This document shows, piece after piece, positions 1 to 12,919 of a DNA stretch of 64,000 bases (positions within the stretch are counted from its first letter, which is position 1; each line of letters starts with the position of its first letter). The stretch is from NCBI RefSeq assembly GCF_009914755.1, contig NC_060925.1, one strand, 5' to 3'. The DNA comes from the human T2T-CHM13v2.0 reference genome, Homo sapiens. A model generated the notes under the pieces. The model saw only the letters and a program-made list of their open reading frames with translations, was not told the DNA's origin and ran no database searches. Made by a program: the position numbers and the translations under genes.

Positions 1-41
1 ACCACCTTTAACTCTTTCTTTCTTAGATCTGACAAAAAGCT

Positions 42-91
42 GTCTAGAGTTGGGGTACACAAAGCCGTCTAGAGTTGGGGTACACAAAGCC
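42..91. repeat. Perfect 25-bp tandem duplication (GTCTAGAGTTGGGGTACACAAAGCC x2)
   Basis: Identical copies at 42-66 and 67-91, read directly. Confidence 0.97.
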
Positions 92-849
92 AAGCAAACA
101 TTTATTGAGCAACCACTGTCTGAGAGCACTCAGCAGGGTGCACACACTGTATAGCTCCTTGCTAGTAGGAGCCAGGCCTCTTCTCCCAGAGCTGGGGTCC
201 ATGCTGGTGCTGACTCAGGCACCTTGAGTGGCCGAGCGTCAGAAGGGCCATAATATCCCCACAGGCTCACTTGACGTAGCTTTCCTCGTGGTTTCCTCAC
301 CCACCAGCCTCCTCCACCAGTCACCCTGCCTGGTTTTATGGCAGAGCATAAAACATGAAGATTAACAAACTGGGCCATTTAAGAAACTTAAAACACTGAA
401 AAACAAACTGCAGATGGGCAGATAGGATGAGGCAGTTGGTTGGGTTTTACTTTTGGAAAAGGCCAGTTCTCAACCCCCTCAGAAAGATCACTTCTGTTAC
501 TATGGAATCAAATGCTACATTTTCTCCTCGGTATCATGATGAATACATGACAGCCCAGAACATGGGAGGCCCTGAGCCTCGAGGAGGGGAGGGGGCCCCA
601 GAGGGACCTAGGCCTGTTCGGCTAAGGCTGTGTGGCACCCTGGCCTGAAGCTGGAGGGAGCAAAGCACAGCACTGTCCTCCAGGAGATGCCAGGCTCGGG
701 AGATACAGCAGTAAACTCACAGTGTAAGCACAAAGTGCTAAAGTGGGCCTGGGGTGGGAGGGTGAGGGCAGGAGCCTGTGGAGTCAGCATGGGGTGATGG
801 CATGTGCACACGCTTTGGAAGTCAGGCGGACTTGGATCGTGTTCCCCAA

Positions 850-980
850 ACCTCAGTTTCAGCACAGAATACAACTGCTTTCACAGAACTGTTATGAGGA
901 TTAAGTTGGATAATGTAAGTAAGCCCTTAAGGAGAGTGCTTGACTTTAATAGTTGCTCAGTAAATGTATTATGTATTACT
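850..980 (+). mobile_element. MIR SINE fragment
   Basis: CCTCAGTTTC...GTTATGAGGATTAAGTTGGATAATGTA...TGCTCAGTAAATGT resembles the MIR core and 3' end. Confidence 0.75.
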
Positions 981-1169
981 CTTTGTGGGGGCTTGAGATG
1001 ATTCTAGAAGGATGAGCTAGAATTAGGTACACAAGGTGAAGGATTTGGGCGAGGGTGTTCCAAACAGGGAACAGCCCACGCCAAGACACAAAGGCAGAAA
1101 TGCCAGCCAGGGAAGAACAATGTCTTTGTGGGGCAGTCCTGGTGAGAGGAGCTGACACTGATGGAGAGC

Positions 1170-1350
1170 TCTAATGTGCCAGGCGCTGTGTTAAATGTTG
1201 GACCTGTGCCATCCTTAATGAAACCCCAGCAGGTGGGTACATTATTATCCTCATTTTTCAAATAATGAAACCGAGTGTAGAAAGAGTAAGTGACTACCCA
1301 AGAGGACAAAGCTGTGGAGCCGTGAGCCAAACCCGGGCAACCTGAGTCCC
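1170..1350 (-). mobile_element. MIR SINE
   Basis: TGTGCCAGGCGCTGTGTTAAATG...ATTATCCTCATTTT...GAAACCGAG...AAGTGACTACCCAAG is the reverse MIR pattern. Confidence 0.8.
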
Positions 1351-1956
1351 TGCCCACACCATGTATGAAGCCATTCTTCTAGGGAAAATGCCTTGGGTTT
1401 TAGGACAAAGGACAGTTTCTCTCAGTATATGTTGATGACCTCCACTAGTGTCTTTGTGTCCATTGGCAACTTCTCTAAAGAATTCAGGGGCAGCACTAGG
1501 AAGTAGAATATCTGGCTAAGGGAAGGCAAGAGGCCAAGAAACCGAGATTCCCAGAGGATTTAAAGAGGGAATGCCTCTCTAGATGCATTCGGCTGTGTGG
1601 TCTTTTAACTTGTCAGGATGGACCAATGACTTAGGGTGAAACCCAGACTTTGATTGATTAAGATAAAAAAGAGGGCTAGCAACACATGAGCCCAACTGTT
1701 TGGCTTATTGGAAAATCCTGCCTCCCTGGAGGATGCTGAGGTTACCAGTTACCCTGTTGGCCACTTGTGACCTCTGGGTCCAGCACTAGTTAGGAGGAGT
1801 AGGAATGCACAGATGTCCCAGTGGCCTTCATCCAGGAAAACCCTAGAGGCTAGAGCTGTTCTGTTCTCAGGGGACCTGGTCCACTGGCTCTCAGCACACT
1901 GCTAACCGGCAGGCCCCTCCCACCACCATGCAGCATCTGCACTTTCTTCTGGCGTT

Positions 1957-2098
1957 AATCAAGAATGACTTGTCTGACCCATCAGTGACATCCCATCATC
2001 TTATTAACTGGCATCTTATTCACTCTTATAAGGCCCCTCCTAGACTGGTGGGCATGGGCAGTAGGTGGATTGGACATATCTACTTTTGACAGACCAAC
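1957..2098 (+). repeat. Copy 1 of a diverged local direct repeat (partner 3475-3601)
   Basis: AATCAAGAATGACTTGTCTGAC..., CATCTTATTCACTCTTAT and CTTTTGACAGACCAAC are shared in the same order with 3475-3601. Confidence 0.9.
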
Positions 2099-2324
2099 CT
2101 GGGGCCTGAAAGACTACCAGAGATGCTCCTGTTCCTCTGTCTTCAGGAAGGTCCAAACCCAAAACAGATGAGTATCCTTCCTTCTCAATGCCATCCAGAG
2201 AATGAGATGTGCCCCTGGGTTGCTACTCAGGGAAGAGATGGCGCTGCTGTGCAAGAGTTGCTATCCTCCGGCATTTCACTAGGGGCCACATTTGTCACCT
2301 TCTCCTTGTTTTGTGCTCCCTCAG

Positions 2325-2770
2325 TGTAGTGGACTGAATTATGACCCTCAAAAGACACATCCACTCAGAACTTCAGAAGGTGGCCTTATTTGGAATAAGG
2401 TTCTTTGCAGATGTAAGCAAGGTAAGGATCTCAAGATGAGATCATCCTGCATTAGAGTGGGCTCTAGACCAGTGATGAATGTCGTTACAAGAGACAGGGA
2501 AAAATGCAGAACACAGAGAAAGGCCATGGGGAAGACGGAGGAGATACTGGAGTTACGTAGCTACAAGCCAAGAAATGCCAAGGATTGCCGACAGCAACCA
2601 GAAGCTAAGACAGGCCTGGAATGGATCCTCCTCCAAACCTCCAGAAGGAACCAAGGCAGTAGACAACTTTATTTCAGACCTCTGGCCTCCAGAACTGTGA
2701 AAGAGAAGCAATTTGTTTTAAGCCACCAAGTCTGTGGTCGTTTGTATGGCAGCCCTCAAACTAGAGCACA
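2325..2770 (+). mobile_element. MaLR solo LTR, MLT1C-like
   Basis: TGTAGTGG start; CCTTATTTGGAATAAGGTTCTTTGCAGATGTAA, GATCTCAAGATGAGATCATCCTG, AAGCCAAGAAATGCCAAGGATTGCC, CTGGCCTCCAGAACTGTGA; ends in ACA. Confidence 0.92.
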
Positions 2771-3474
2771 AGGTCTGCTTCACCACTTCCTCCTGTCTCC
2801 CTCCCCTAACGGAGGCCCTGTCCACAGCCCTGCCCTTTGCGCTCAGGCCTCCACCAGCTGTTCTCCCTTCTGCTTCAGTATTCACCCTCATGCAGCTGAA
2901 GCCGGCATAGAAGCCAACAAGACAATGGATGCAAGTGCCCACACCCGCCGTGTGCTGGTTTCAGACCCTGAGGAAATTACTTGATCTTTCGAAGCCTTAG
3001 TTGTCTTCTGTACAAAGTTCCTACTTCCTCTTCCTGTGGAGTTGCAATGAAATAACATGAGAGAAGCCCCCCTCCCTTCACATTTATAAACCAATGCTGC
3101 TTTTCTTTCTAGTCCCAGCCTGAATATTCCCACACTAAGCATGGGTACATCAGTGTTTCAGAGACCCCTCAAACTCTACTGTCCTAGCCAGAGCAGTCTC
3201 CCTTCCCACCTAGTTCTTCAGTGCAGGTGAAGTAGATAATCAGGCCGGTAGGAATCAGAACCCCACTTGGGTGGGTGGGAGGAGCAACCAAAGAGAGGCC
3301 AGGTAGAAGACTATGACTAAAGCTAATCACAGATATGGAGGGGATGGCCCAGGGAAGCAGAGGAGTGGACAGATAAAACACAACATGGCCCACTTCTAGA
3401 CATACACACCAGTTCATGATGTAAGGAGAAACAAATATGAGCTGCAAACTCTGCACCTCATTCATCTGAACCTG

Positions 3475-3601
3475 AATCAAGAATGACTTGTCTGACTCAT
3501 CAGTGCCATCCCATGAAGACTGGCATCATCTTACATCATCTTATTCACTCTTATGAGGGTCCCCACCTATACTGGTGGCCATCTTCTTTTGACAGACCAA
3601 C
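3475..3601 (+). repeat. Copy 2 of a diverged local direct repeat (partner 1957-2098)
   Basis: Same ordered blocks as 1957-2098, lacking a ~22-nt segment present in copy 1. Confidence 0.9.
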
Positions 3602-5299
3602 TTCGACCTGTGGCCTCACCTGCACTAGGTCCCTGAGGGGCATTTGCAGTCTTGTGGGTATCCCTGGGAGACGCATGCTAACTAACTAACTCCTACAGGG
3701 CTTTGGCCCCTAATGTTGTCCCCCATCCTAGGAACCAGATGGAAGCATGTGCAAACCACAAGCCTTCCCTTAGCCCTTCCAGAGGCAGTTTTAGGAGCCT
3801 GCTTGCCCGCTTATGTCTCCACTCCCAGGAGATTCTACTCTGATCCCTCAAAGGAGGAAAAGTCTTACAGACTGGATCTTTGAACCTCTCCCTACTTCCA
3901 TTAAAAGCTCCTTGAAGCATGTGGCCTCACTGGGCAGCCCTCAGGACTCCTGTCTTTGCCCCTTCACTCTGACAGTGCATAATGGGAAAGCCTAGAACCC
4001 CTAGAATGAAGACCATGCCGGTAAAGACAGGGGAAATAGGGTAAGACTGCCACATAGGACATATTTCATTCTCATGTTTTGAGGACACACACACACGCTC
4101 AGCAAACAAGATGTCCCTTCTCGGTGCCAGTGTACCAGCTGCACACTTATCTCCTCTTACCAGCTACTCCCGGCCCTCACTCCCCCTGCTTTTTTTTTCC
4201 CCTTAGTGACTGACTGACAGGTATCTTATCCTGGGTAGAGGCCCGAGGCACTGGATCTGAAGCCAAAAACAGCTGAAGGGTGGTGGGAGTAGGCAGTATT
4301 CCCATCCATGCTGCCTGAGCCCTCTGTCTGCAGGGCATATGCCCAGTGGGGAGCAGAGCCACAGCCTGTCCCCTAGGTGGGGAAGAAACTCTCAGCCAGT
4401 GAGGGGTCTGCAGTCCAAAATTCCCAGGGAATCCCCCTGGAGCTGGGCAGGCCCTAGTCCCAGGCCCCCTGGGGAGAGCCTCTGTTTTGTGATGGATTTC
4501 ACAGGACTTCACAGCTTTGTACGTCCATTCTTTGACCAAACCTAAATTTTTCACTGGGGTTTTAAGCCTCAGGTCCTTTCTTTATGGAGAGGTGACGTTC
4601 TCTCCAAAACTTCATTACACAAGGAAACAGCTCTGATCAGCCATTCAGACACTCTTTATGCAGTGCCTACTGAATACAGAGCAATGTATGAGATAGTTGG
4701 TCCACATTTAAAGAAAGCTAAGACGCTTCCTCTTAGAAGCTGATGATCCAACAGCTTTCCCAGCCTGAGCTGATCTGGGAAACAGCTGTATTTTACAGAA
4801 GGACCAACTGAGAATGAGAAAGGGAAGGGGGATGGGGGCAGCGCCCATATAGTGTTTGCTTCTCCTTGGAGTCTGGATGGTGGTTCAGAGGCTGTTCTAG
4901 AGCAATCCAACCTCTCTTTAGAATGCTGACACTGATTTATGGAGTTGGCACTGCTCTATTCTTAGCCATGGATGGGGCCACCAGGCCATGACGCCACTCT
5001 CCTAATGAGAGGGGGCAATGGAGAGTTCCTAAGCAGCTGCCACCAACAACTCAAGTCCTTTACTTTATCCAGCTTAGTCATGACAGCAGCTCTGGGAGAT
5101 GCTCTGTTGAATGTGCTTTCATGAGGAATTTTTCCACTTGTGAGAGCATTATTCCCAGTTTACAGATGTGATGGTGACTCAGAATGGTAACTGGTCATTC
5201 ACTTGAGTTCTTGGTATATAGTGCTGACTTCAGTCCCTTAGGACCTGGACCATTTCTAACCTACCTCTCATTAACACCTAGTATATTTACACTGTGTTC

Positions 5300-5610
5300 A
5301 ATTTTAGCACCTGAGACTATCAATATATTCACCTATCTATCTTTTTATGTGTTTGAATTATCTCCGTACTCCCATTGTCCCTCCTTCCCTCAATGATAAG
5401 TCTCCTTGCTAGAATAAACCCTGCCTTGTTCATTTTTGTGACCCCAAAACTAGAAGGGTGCTTGTCACACAGCAAACATTCAGTGACTATCTGGGGACTG
5501 ACAGATTGCATGACTTGGGCAAGTCAATTAACTTCTTTGTCTTTGTCTATTATAATTTGGAAATAATATGCTTTACAAGAGAAATATCATGAGGATGAAG
5601 TGAGACAGTG
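5300..5610 (+). mobile_element. L2 3' end followed by a MIR fragment
   Basis: CTTGTTCATTTTTGTGACCCCA...GTGCTTGTCACACAGCAAACATTCAGT (L2 tail), then ATGACTTGGGCAAGTCAATTAACTTCT...ATGAGGATGAAGTGAGA (MIR). Confidence 0.65.
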
Positions 5611-5649
5611 AGCCCCAGGATGTGTGCATCAGCTCTTTATGTATTGCCA

Positions 5650-6322
5650 ATTAGCACCAAGTCCACCCTCCACACTCTGCTGGCTGGGCACTGGCCAGTC
5701 AGTTACCCAGACTCCCTTGCCGGCTAGTTTCCTGTTAGGGTCTGCCAGTGGCAGCTCTGGCAGACTGACAGGCGGGAGGAGGAGAGAAGGGGCTTCCTCC
5801 CTGCTTTCAGCTCCTGTAGTATGGCTCCAGCAGCAGTGGTCAGCTTTAGTCCCACTCTCCAGCAGTTTCTCTGGTCACTCCCTGCACAAGCTTCTTCAGT
5901 TCTCAGCTGTGTACCTGGGCAGTCAGGGTGCAGCTCCACAGCTCTCCCCATTCTCCGGGACACAGGTCAAGCCAAGCTCTCTTCCCAGAAGTCTGGGGAG
6001 TAGCTACACGTGCCTCTTCCTCAGAGGTCCTGGCACAAGATATGCAACACCCCCTTCTCAGAGGGCTGCATGGAGCACCCACTCACCAAAGCTAGGGCCC
6101 CTCCTCCAGCCTCCTAGGTTTTGGTAATACTGCCCTTTTGCGCTCCCAGCACTGGTAGAGAATGCTGTTTATTTCCATTATTTCCATTATTAATCCCTGG
6201 GTGTCCTCAGCATCCCTTTTTGCTCTTTTAGCCTTTCAACTCCAACTCCATGATTTAAATCCTCTCTTAAAAAATTAGTATAGTTTCAGTTTCTGTTTTC
6301 CTGACTGGGTCCTGAGTGATTG
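5650..6322 (+). mobile_element. Old ERVL solo LTR (LTR40/LTR41/LTR33-like)
   Basis: CCAGACTCCCTTGCCGGCTAG...CTGTTAGGGTCTGCCAGTGG near the 5' end and TTTCTGTTTTCCTGACTGGGTCCTGAGTGAT as a typical ERVL LTR 3' end. Subfamily uncertain. Confidence 0.65.
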
Positions 6323-6789
6323 TGTGCAGGAGGGAGCTCCGGTTCAAGCCTAGCAAGGGGGTAGATGCTCCCACTGAAACCTATAGTGGGAGCTGATACC
6401 TTTCTCTCAAAGAAACTAGTAGCATGAGAAGGAAAGACACTTGAACTCCCACCTGGTAACTCAGTCCTCATTTTATGGGGGGCACTGGCTAATGTCACCC
6501 TTGCCACTGTCAGTAATCAAGGCTTTGAATTTCTCTCGGTTTCCTTGGTTACCAGGACTTGGGGAGAGGGCATGTTTCTTCCTTGCTACTCAGTCTATTT
6601 TTCTCATTCAGAGGATCTGCTGTTCCTAAAGCTTTCAGAGAACAGCCTGCATAGAGGCCTGTGCAAGGAAGGGGGCAGAGTTTTATCCAAGTCTATCTTA
6701 GAAGTACTGTCTTTTGATGAATCATCACCTGCCCAACTGTGGTCTTGGGTGAAACTGTAATGCACAGCCATCTCCTGAGCAGGCTGATG

Positions 6790-6970
6790 CTAACCATTTT
6801 ACATACCTTATCTTCCAACTCTCAACCACAAGCCTGTGAAGTCGAAACTATTATTAGTCCTCTTTCAAAGTTGAAGAATTTCAGATTTAGAGAGGTCCTT
6901 TGCTGATGGTTTACTCAGTCAGTCAGTGGGTGACCAGAACCCAAGTCTGCTGATATCCAAACTTTGCCAC
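6790..6970 (-). mobile_element. MIR SINE
   Basis: TTTTACATACCTTATC...CTCTCAACCACAAGCCTGTGAAG...TATTATTAGTCC...AGAACCCAAGTCTGCTGATATCCAAA. Confidence 0.7.
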
Positions 6971-8469
6971 CAGGGCTGGGAACCCACAGGTTCCAGAGCT
7001 TAAAGGGCCCTGGGAAGGGAAAAAATTCATGCTTCTTTGCTTGGGAAGGTCATCAGAGCCCTGGAGAGAGCTGAGCACCTGAGGGCTAAGAGGGTCTTCC
7101 TGCTGGGCCCAAGAAACATGGGCAGGATACCTGCTTATACCAGGCTCTGAGCTTGTGCTAGGACATGAACTGAACTCCCCTGAGGATTATGCTAAACTGT
7201 GACTGCTGATAACCCAGACCCCGTGCTGCCTCCTGCAGGGGGACTGGGCTCCAGGCCTGGGGGTTGAGAGTTCAACTTTTCCCTCAGGAGTCTTCGTCTA
7301 TCTTTCTCGCAGGCCTGCAAGATGCTCTTGCCAAATGGAGATGTGAGATGCATTGATTTCAATCCCAGATCATGCACTGAGGTCCTCCTCTTTTCAAGGC
7401 AGCAAGGCAAGTAATTTGTTTCTCAAACTGCACATTCACACAAAATCCTTAGTCTGACCCTGGCAGACTGTACACTCATGTTATTGCCACTCATTGCCAT
7501 GGCGGGTGGGGGAGGTTGTATCCTTCTGGCCCATGGCCAGGGCTCAGGGACTAGTGGCTCCTCACTCCTGGAGCCCAGTCCCTATGTGGAGCATGGCCAT
7601 GCAGTTTGCCAAGGGCGATATTTCCAAGGCCCCTCCTCTGCTTCCATCAGCCACACATGCCCGGCAATCCTTGTTCCTGGTATGGTAATCCACATCAATG
7701 CATCTGGGAAAGTGGCATTTTAATTTTCAGGAAGCAGATAATGCAAAATTAGGGGACTTGTGGTGCATATCAAGCAATTGTATCATTTCTACATATTTTT
7801 TCACATGCTATCATTGTAGGTATATGGATAGACAGTTTGTGGATTGCTTTTCTCTCCTTCTGTCAATATACACAAATGGCAAAAGTTAGTCCTGAATCCA
7901 ATATAGAACAGGAAGGCTGGTATGTTCACTCCAGGAGTAACCTTAAGTATTTCAGTTGACCTAAAGGTTGAAAGCAGTTAAGGATCTGGACAGTTTAGCT
8001 TTCCCATTCCACACCTATAAGCTACCCAGCCCACAGACTTGAAGCAGATATGCCCAATCTTGGCTTTCTTGGTTGGGGAGGAGGCAGAAGGAGCATAAAC
8101 ACTGCAGACTGGCCCCACCAAGATCTGTTCTGACCACCATGGGCTGGTACCTCCCACAGCTTACCCCGTGGGAAATCCCCAAGAGCCAAGGGGTCTGGAG
8201 AAAGCCAAAGTGGGTTCCTAGTCCAGGAGAACAGGGCATTTGAGATGGACAGAGGCCCTAAGAGAAGAATAGATACACCATAACCAGAAGAAGAGAAGGT
8301 AAAAGAGAAAGAAGGATCTCTAGCTAAAGGATTTCACTAGGAAGGTAACATGAAATAAGAAACAGCAAGAGAAAGGGCAGAGAAGAGGGCATAGAGCCAT
8401 CAAAATGGCAAAGAAATGAGCCTTTATGTACCAGAATCACGGAGGGGAGGGAGCCCCACGTCACCTGAT

Positions 8470-8690
8470 AATGATAGTGGCTGCCAGATGCTGGGCTCTC
8501 CTGTGTACTGGGTTCTGTTCTAAACACTTCACATACATTATTTCCATGACCTTGCACAACAACCCTATGGGTAGCCACTATTACAAATCCCATTATGGAG
8601 AGGAGGAAGCTGGGAACGAGACTGTACACAGTGAGTAAGAGGCTGAACCCAGGCTGGTCTGCCACCAGAGCCTGAGGGCTGCAGCGCCTG
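8470..8690 (-). mobile_element. MIR SINE
   Basis: TGTTCTAAACACTTCACATACATTATTTCCAT...CACAACAACCCTATG...CCCATTATGGAGAGGAGGAAGCTG. Confidence 0.8.
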
Positions 8691-9629
8691 CCTGCCATCC
8701 AGCCTGCATCCTCCTGCAGAGGCCACGGGCAGCTGCCCCGTCCTCTTTGATACTAGGAGTAGAGAACGGACTTCCTACCTTTATTTGAAAATGAGACTCT
8801 CTTTCCTTTTCACCATTGTCATCTCCCAGCCTACTGTGCAACAGACCCAAGTAAAGTGTATTTCTCCAGCTGGGTCTCTACCTCACACTCTCTGTCCCCG
8901 TATTTTGGACCTTCTGCTCCCCAAGTGAGTCTCTCTTTGCTCCATTCTGGTACCCACTGTAAAGAGAACAATAGGCTCTGTGGAGTAGGCATGTGGGTTA
9001 AATGAGACATAATGTACATAAAGCACATGGCATCCCCAGTGCTCAATAAATACTGTGCCTGCCTCTCCCCACCCTGAATTGAAGGTTTTGCCTTCCTTTT
9101 ACTGAGAATGTGGCCCTCATGTGTCACTGATTCAACAGGAGGGACAGTCCTATGCCTGGCCAAAAGAGCTGTATTTGGTCAAACCTGGGCACAGCATGGA
9201 CACAGACCTGTTCAGAGAAAGACTGGCAGGGGAATACCTTTGTAGCATGAGTACAAGAATGGCCAAGAGAGCCCCACTCTGCCGAGGAGGAGCTTTGAGA
9301 AGCCGTCTTTGGAGCAGGAGTGGAATCTCTCAGGCCTAGGTAGGTGGATCCCCAGGCAGCAAGCGCAGCCACTTGGCATGAGCTAAGAACAGAGGGAACC
9401 AGAGAAGCTGGACAGAAGGTGGCTGAAGAGCTTCACTGCCCACCACTGGCAGGACCTACCTGTTCCTGTGTGCCTTCCTGTGCTCCACACCCCCAACCCT
9501 GCCCCATCTCCAATTTTCAATGACATTTCAAAAATGTTTCACCAGTGGAGCCCATTCTACACATGACTTTTTCCTGGAGTAAAGAATAATAAAAAGTTAA
9601 CCTAACCAGATGAGTATAGCTGGCACTTG

Positions 9630-9760
9630 GGTTACTATTATTTATTTTATGAATGTGGACGCTGAGGCACCAAGGTGTTTGAGGCTACTAAGTGGTAGGG
9701 CCGGCTGGAATTTGAACCTAGGTATGAGCCCACAAACCCAAGGTTATTTTGCCTTCCTCC
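9630..9760 (-). mobile_element. MIR SINE fragment
   Basis: ATTTTATGAATGTGGACGCTGAGGCAC...CTAAGTGGTAGGGCCGGCTGGAATTTGAACCTAGGT. Confidence 0.65.
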
Positions 9761-10455
9761 TGACCAGCTGCCAAGGACTCAGCCACTCATCAGTGGCAAC
9801 TCCCAGGTATTAAATTAAATTGGCTGGTACAGCAAGAGCTGGAGCTGATGGTCTCAGATCCCCCTCCTATCTCAGGAAGAATCCTCTGTCCTGCTACTGC
9901 CCCTTGAAAATCAGGCAAGTGAGGAAGGGACAAACCACCATGCAAGTCAGGAAGTGATGAGCCACCCAAGATGGTGTTCAAAAGACATCTCTTTATATGT
10001 AATGGTTGCAACAATTATTATACTGCTCCAAGGCCACCAGGAATGACAAACACACTAAGAGGCTTATGGAAGCACTGAGCAGGGAATGAAACACTGCTAT
10101 CTTTGGTATAGGGAGCAGATAATTACTGCCTACTGACACAACTCACAAGCTTCCACCACATTCCCTGCTGCAGGTATGGAGTGTCCGAGCCAGCTTCATG
10201 CTCTCATCTGGGCCCCTCTAGCCAGGAGTGTGAGGCAAAGGCTGGGGTATAGAGCACACCTGGGTCCAAGTACCTTCTGACTCCTTTAAAGTTGCTCTGC
10301 CTGGGTTTCAACAGCACCACAATCTGCTGCCTTTCTTTCCACCTTAACCCTGTATTCTCTTTGTCTTTTTCTTATTGATTTGTCATCTCTCTGTATGTAT
10401 TTTAGGTCTTAATTTGTTGCTATTTACATCTGTGGAAAAAAATCTTTTCCTAATC

Positions 10456-10643
10456 CAGCAGTTGGCAAGCTGCTTCTGTAAAGGGCCAGATAGTAAATAT
10501 TTTTGGCTTTGCAGGCTGCTCAATTCTGCCACGATAGCACAAAAACAGACAAAATGTAAACAAATGGTCATGGATGTGTTCCAATGGAACTTAAAAGTAG
10601 GTGGTAGGCCAGGGTTGGCTCAGGTTATAGTTTGCTAACCACT
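10456..10643. mobile_element. MER58A hAT-Charlie DNA transposon, inside an old L1ME relic (~10370-10755)
   Basis: CAGCAGTTGGCAAGC...TTCTGTAAAGGGCCAGATAGTAAATATTTT...GGATGTGTTCCAAT...ATAGTTTGCTAACC. Confidence 0.88.
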
Positions 10644-10716
10644 TTCTTGGTCCGTGGCTTGTCTTTTAATCATTTTTTATGGTCTTTTGTTGTCTCAAAG
10701 TTTTTCACTTTAATGA

Positions 10717-11069
<353 letters not shown>

Positions 11070-11204
11070 CTTTTTATTTTTTTGGTAGGAGACAGGGGTC
11101 TCTTTATTTTGCCCAGGTTGGTCTTGAACTCCTAACCTTGAGCAATCCTCTCACTTCAGCCTCCCAAAGCACTGGGATTGCAGGTCTGAGCCACCATGCC
11201 TGGC
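11070..11204 (-). mobile_element. FLAM (free left Alu monomer)
   Basis: Monomer ending GAGCCACCATGCCTGGC; the outer TSD GTTTGTACTTTTT at ~10742 and ~11208 brackets FLAM plus Alu. Confidence 0.88.
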
Positions 11205-11479
11205 TTGGTTTGTACTTTTTGTGTAGACTAATCACTATATAGGTGAGAATACTGAGGCCCAGAGAGGGAGAGTGGCTTACTAAGGTCGCAAAGAAGTTTC
11301 TCTGAAGCAGAGCTTTCTTCTAAGATTCTAAGATACCAACTTGGGATCAGACAGCCTTGGCCTTGAATTTTGGCTGTTATTTATTAGCAATGCTTGGACA
11401 AGCCTTCTTTTTGTTTTTTCTTTAATATAACCCCTTCTTTTCCCTGAAGTTAATCTTCCTTCCTTCCATCTTTTTTTTT

Positions 11480-12900
11480 ATTTGCCTGGCTGCCCAATAA
11501 ACCCATCATGAATTTATTTCACATATTTGAATACCTCTATCATGTGCCCCCAAAAATATTTTCCATGTTTCTAAAAACAGTAGTTCCATTTTTTTCCCCC
11601 AGAGACATCGTTTCTGGGGCCATCTGTCCCCTTGCCCAAATATCATCTGGCTGTTTTCCAGGCCTGGGATCTCCCTCCACTGCTGACCTATGGCTATTTA
11701 TTTTCTTTTTCTTAGTTTTCTCCTCATTTTGCTGGAGCACATCCTCTAGTCGTTCTTCAGGAAAAAACATGCCCCAAAAGCCACTGGAATTCCTGCATTC
11801 TTAAAAAATATTTTTTATCTTCACACTTGAATAATAATTTGGGGCATGGAACTCTTGGCTGAAATTCATTTTTCTATCAGAATTTTCAATGTATTTGTTT
11901 ATTAGCTTCTATAAGTCAGCACTGTCATTAAGATAGTCATTCTGATTACTAATCCTTTGAGTGTAACTTACTGTATCACTTTGGAAGATTTAAAGATTTT
12001 TTCTTAACCTCTTAAAGTTTCAGAATTTTACAACACTGTGCTTCAATGTGGGTCAAAGAGCTGGACCCTTGGTGGCCCTGCAATCTGAGGATTCTTGTTC
12101 TTCAGCTCTGAAAAGTGTTCTTATATTATTTTCTTTGATAGTTTTTCTCCCCTCCATTTTCTGTTTTTCTTTGAACTCCTATCAGTTGAAATGTAGAGTT
12201 GATGTTTTAATTTTATTACCTTCCTCCTCCCCTTTTTCCTTATTCTTTGTCTTTTTATCTTCTATAAGATTTCTTTGACTGCATTTTCCAGACTTTTATT
12301 ATGTTTTAAATTTTCTGCTATCTTATTTTTTAAAACTCAAAAGCTCTTTGCTTCTTTTGAATTTTTAAATAGCATCCTGTTTTGTTTCATGGATATATGG
12401 ACTTTATGTCTTTAATGTAAGCATTTTTCTTTTGATCCTTGCATTATCTCTACAGTCACTGGGTTGCATGAGGTAGAGCTGTGGAGCTGGAAATCTTACT
12501 ATCCCATATAAGGACTTTAAGCCAACCCCCTGAATTTTAGGCTGCAGTTTACCTCCTTCTCACCCCATGGTGATTTGTGCTTCTAAGGACAGAGCTTTCT
12601 TGGGCTTTGCAAGAGAAAAGAAAAAAGGCTCCTTTTCCATTTTAGCCCCTTCTGCATCTGTGCTGCAGCTTCTTCCACTTTACTACATCAGTTACCTTTC
12701 CTCCGTCTGCCTTCCGTCTTTCAAAATTACTTATCTGCTACTTTCTCTTCTCCCAAGTTTTAACAAATTAGTCCTTCTAGGTTTCTATATTTTAAAAAAT
12801 TGTTTTTATATCATTTCATTGGGTTTTCTGGAAAGTGAAGAAATAGATGTTTGTGGCTAATCTCCCACATTTAACACAATTTTATTATTTTAATTAATTT
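11480..12900 (-). mobile_element. Highly diverged L1 (L1ME-type) fragments
   Basis: T-rich stretch with old-L1 motifs TTCACACTTGAATAATAATTTGG, TGAAATTCATTTT...CAGAATTTT, ATAGCATCCTGTTTTGTTTCATGGAT. Confidence 0.6.
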
Positions 12901-12919
12901 TTAAAATATATACCAGAAG

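Noticed and set aside
2292-2984. Longest ORF (230 aa)
   Set aside because: Starts at a non-ATG codon and runs mostly through the non-coding MLT1C LTR; no recognisable domain.
5624-6127. 167-aa ORF
   Set aside because: Lies within an old ERVL LTR; low-complexity S/L/P composition; non-ATG start.
4427-8180. Isolated NF-kB 10-mers (4427-4436, 8171-8180), and a MARE-like site at 208-218
   Set aside because: Single degenerate motifs are expected by chance in 64 kb, with no supporting cluster.
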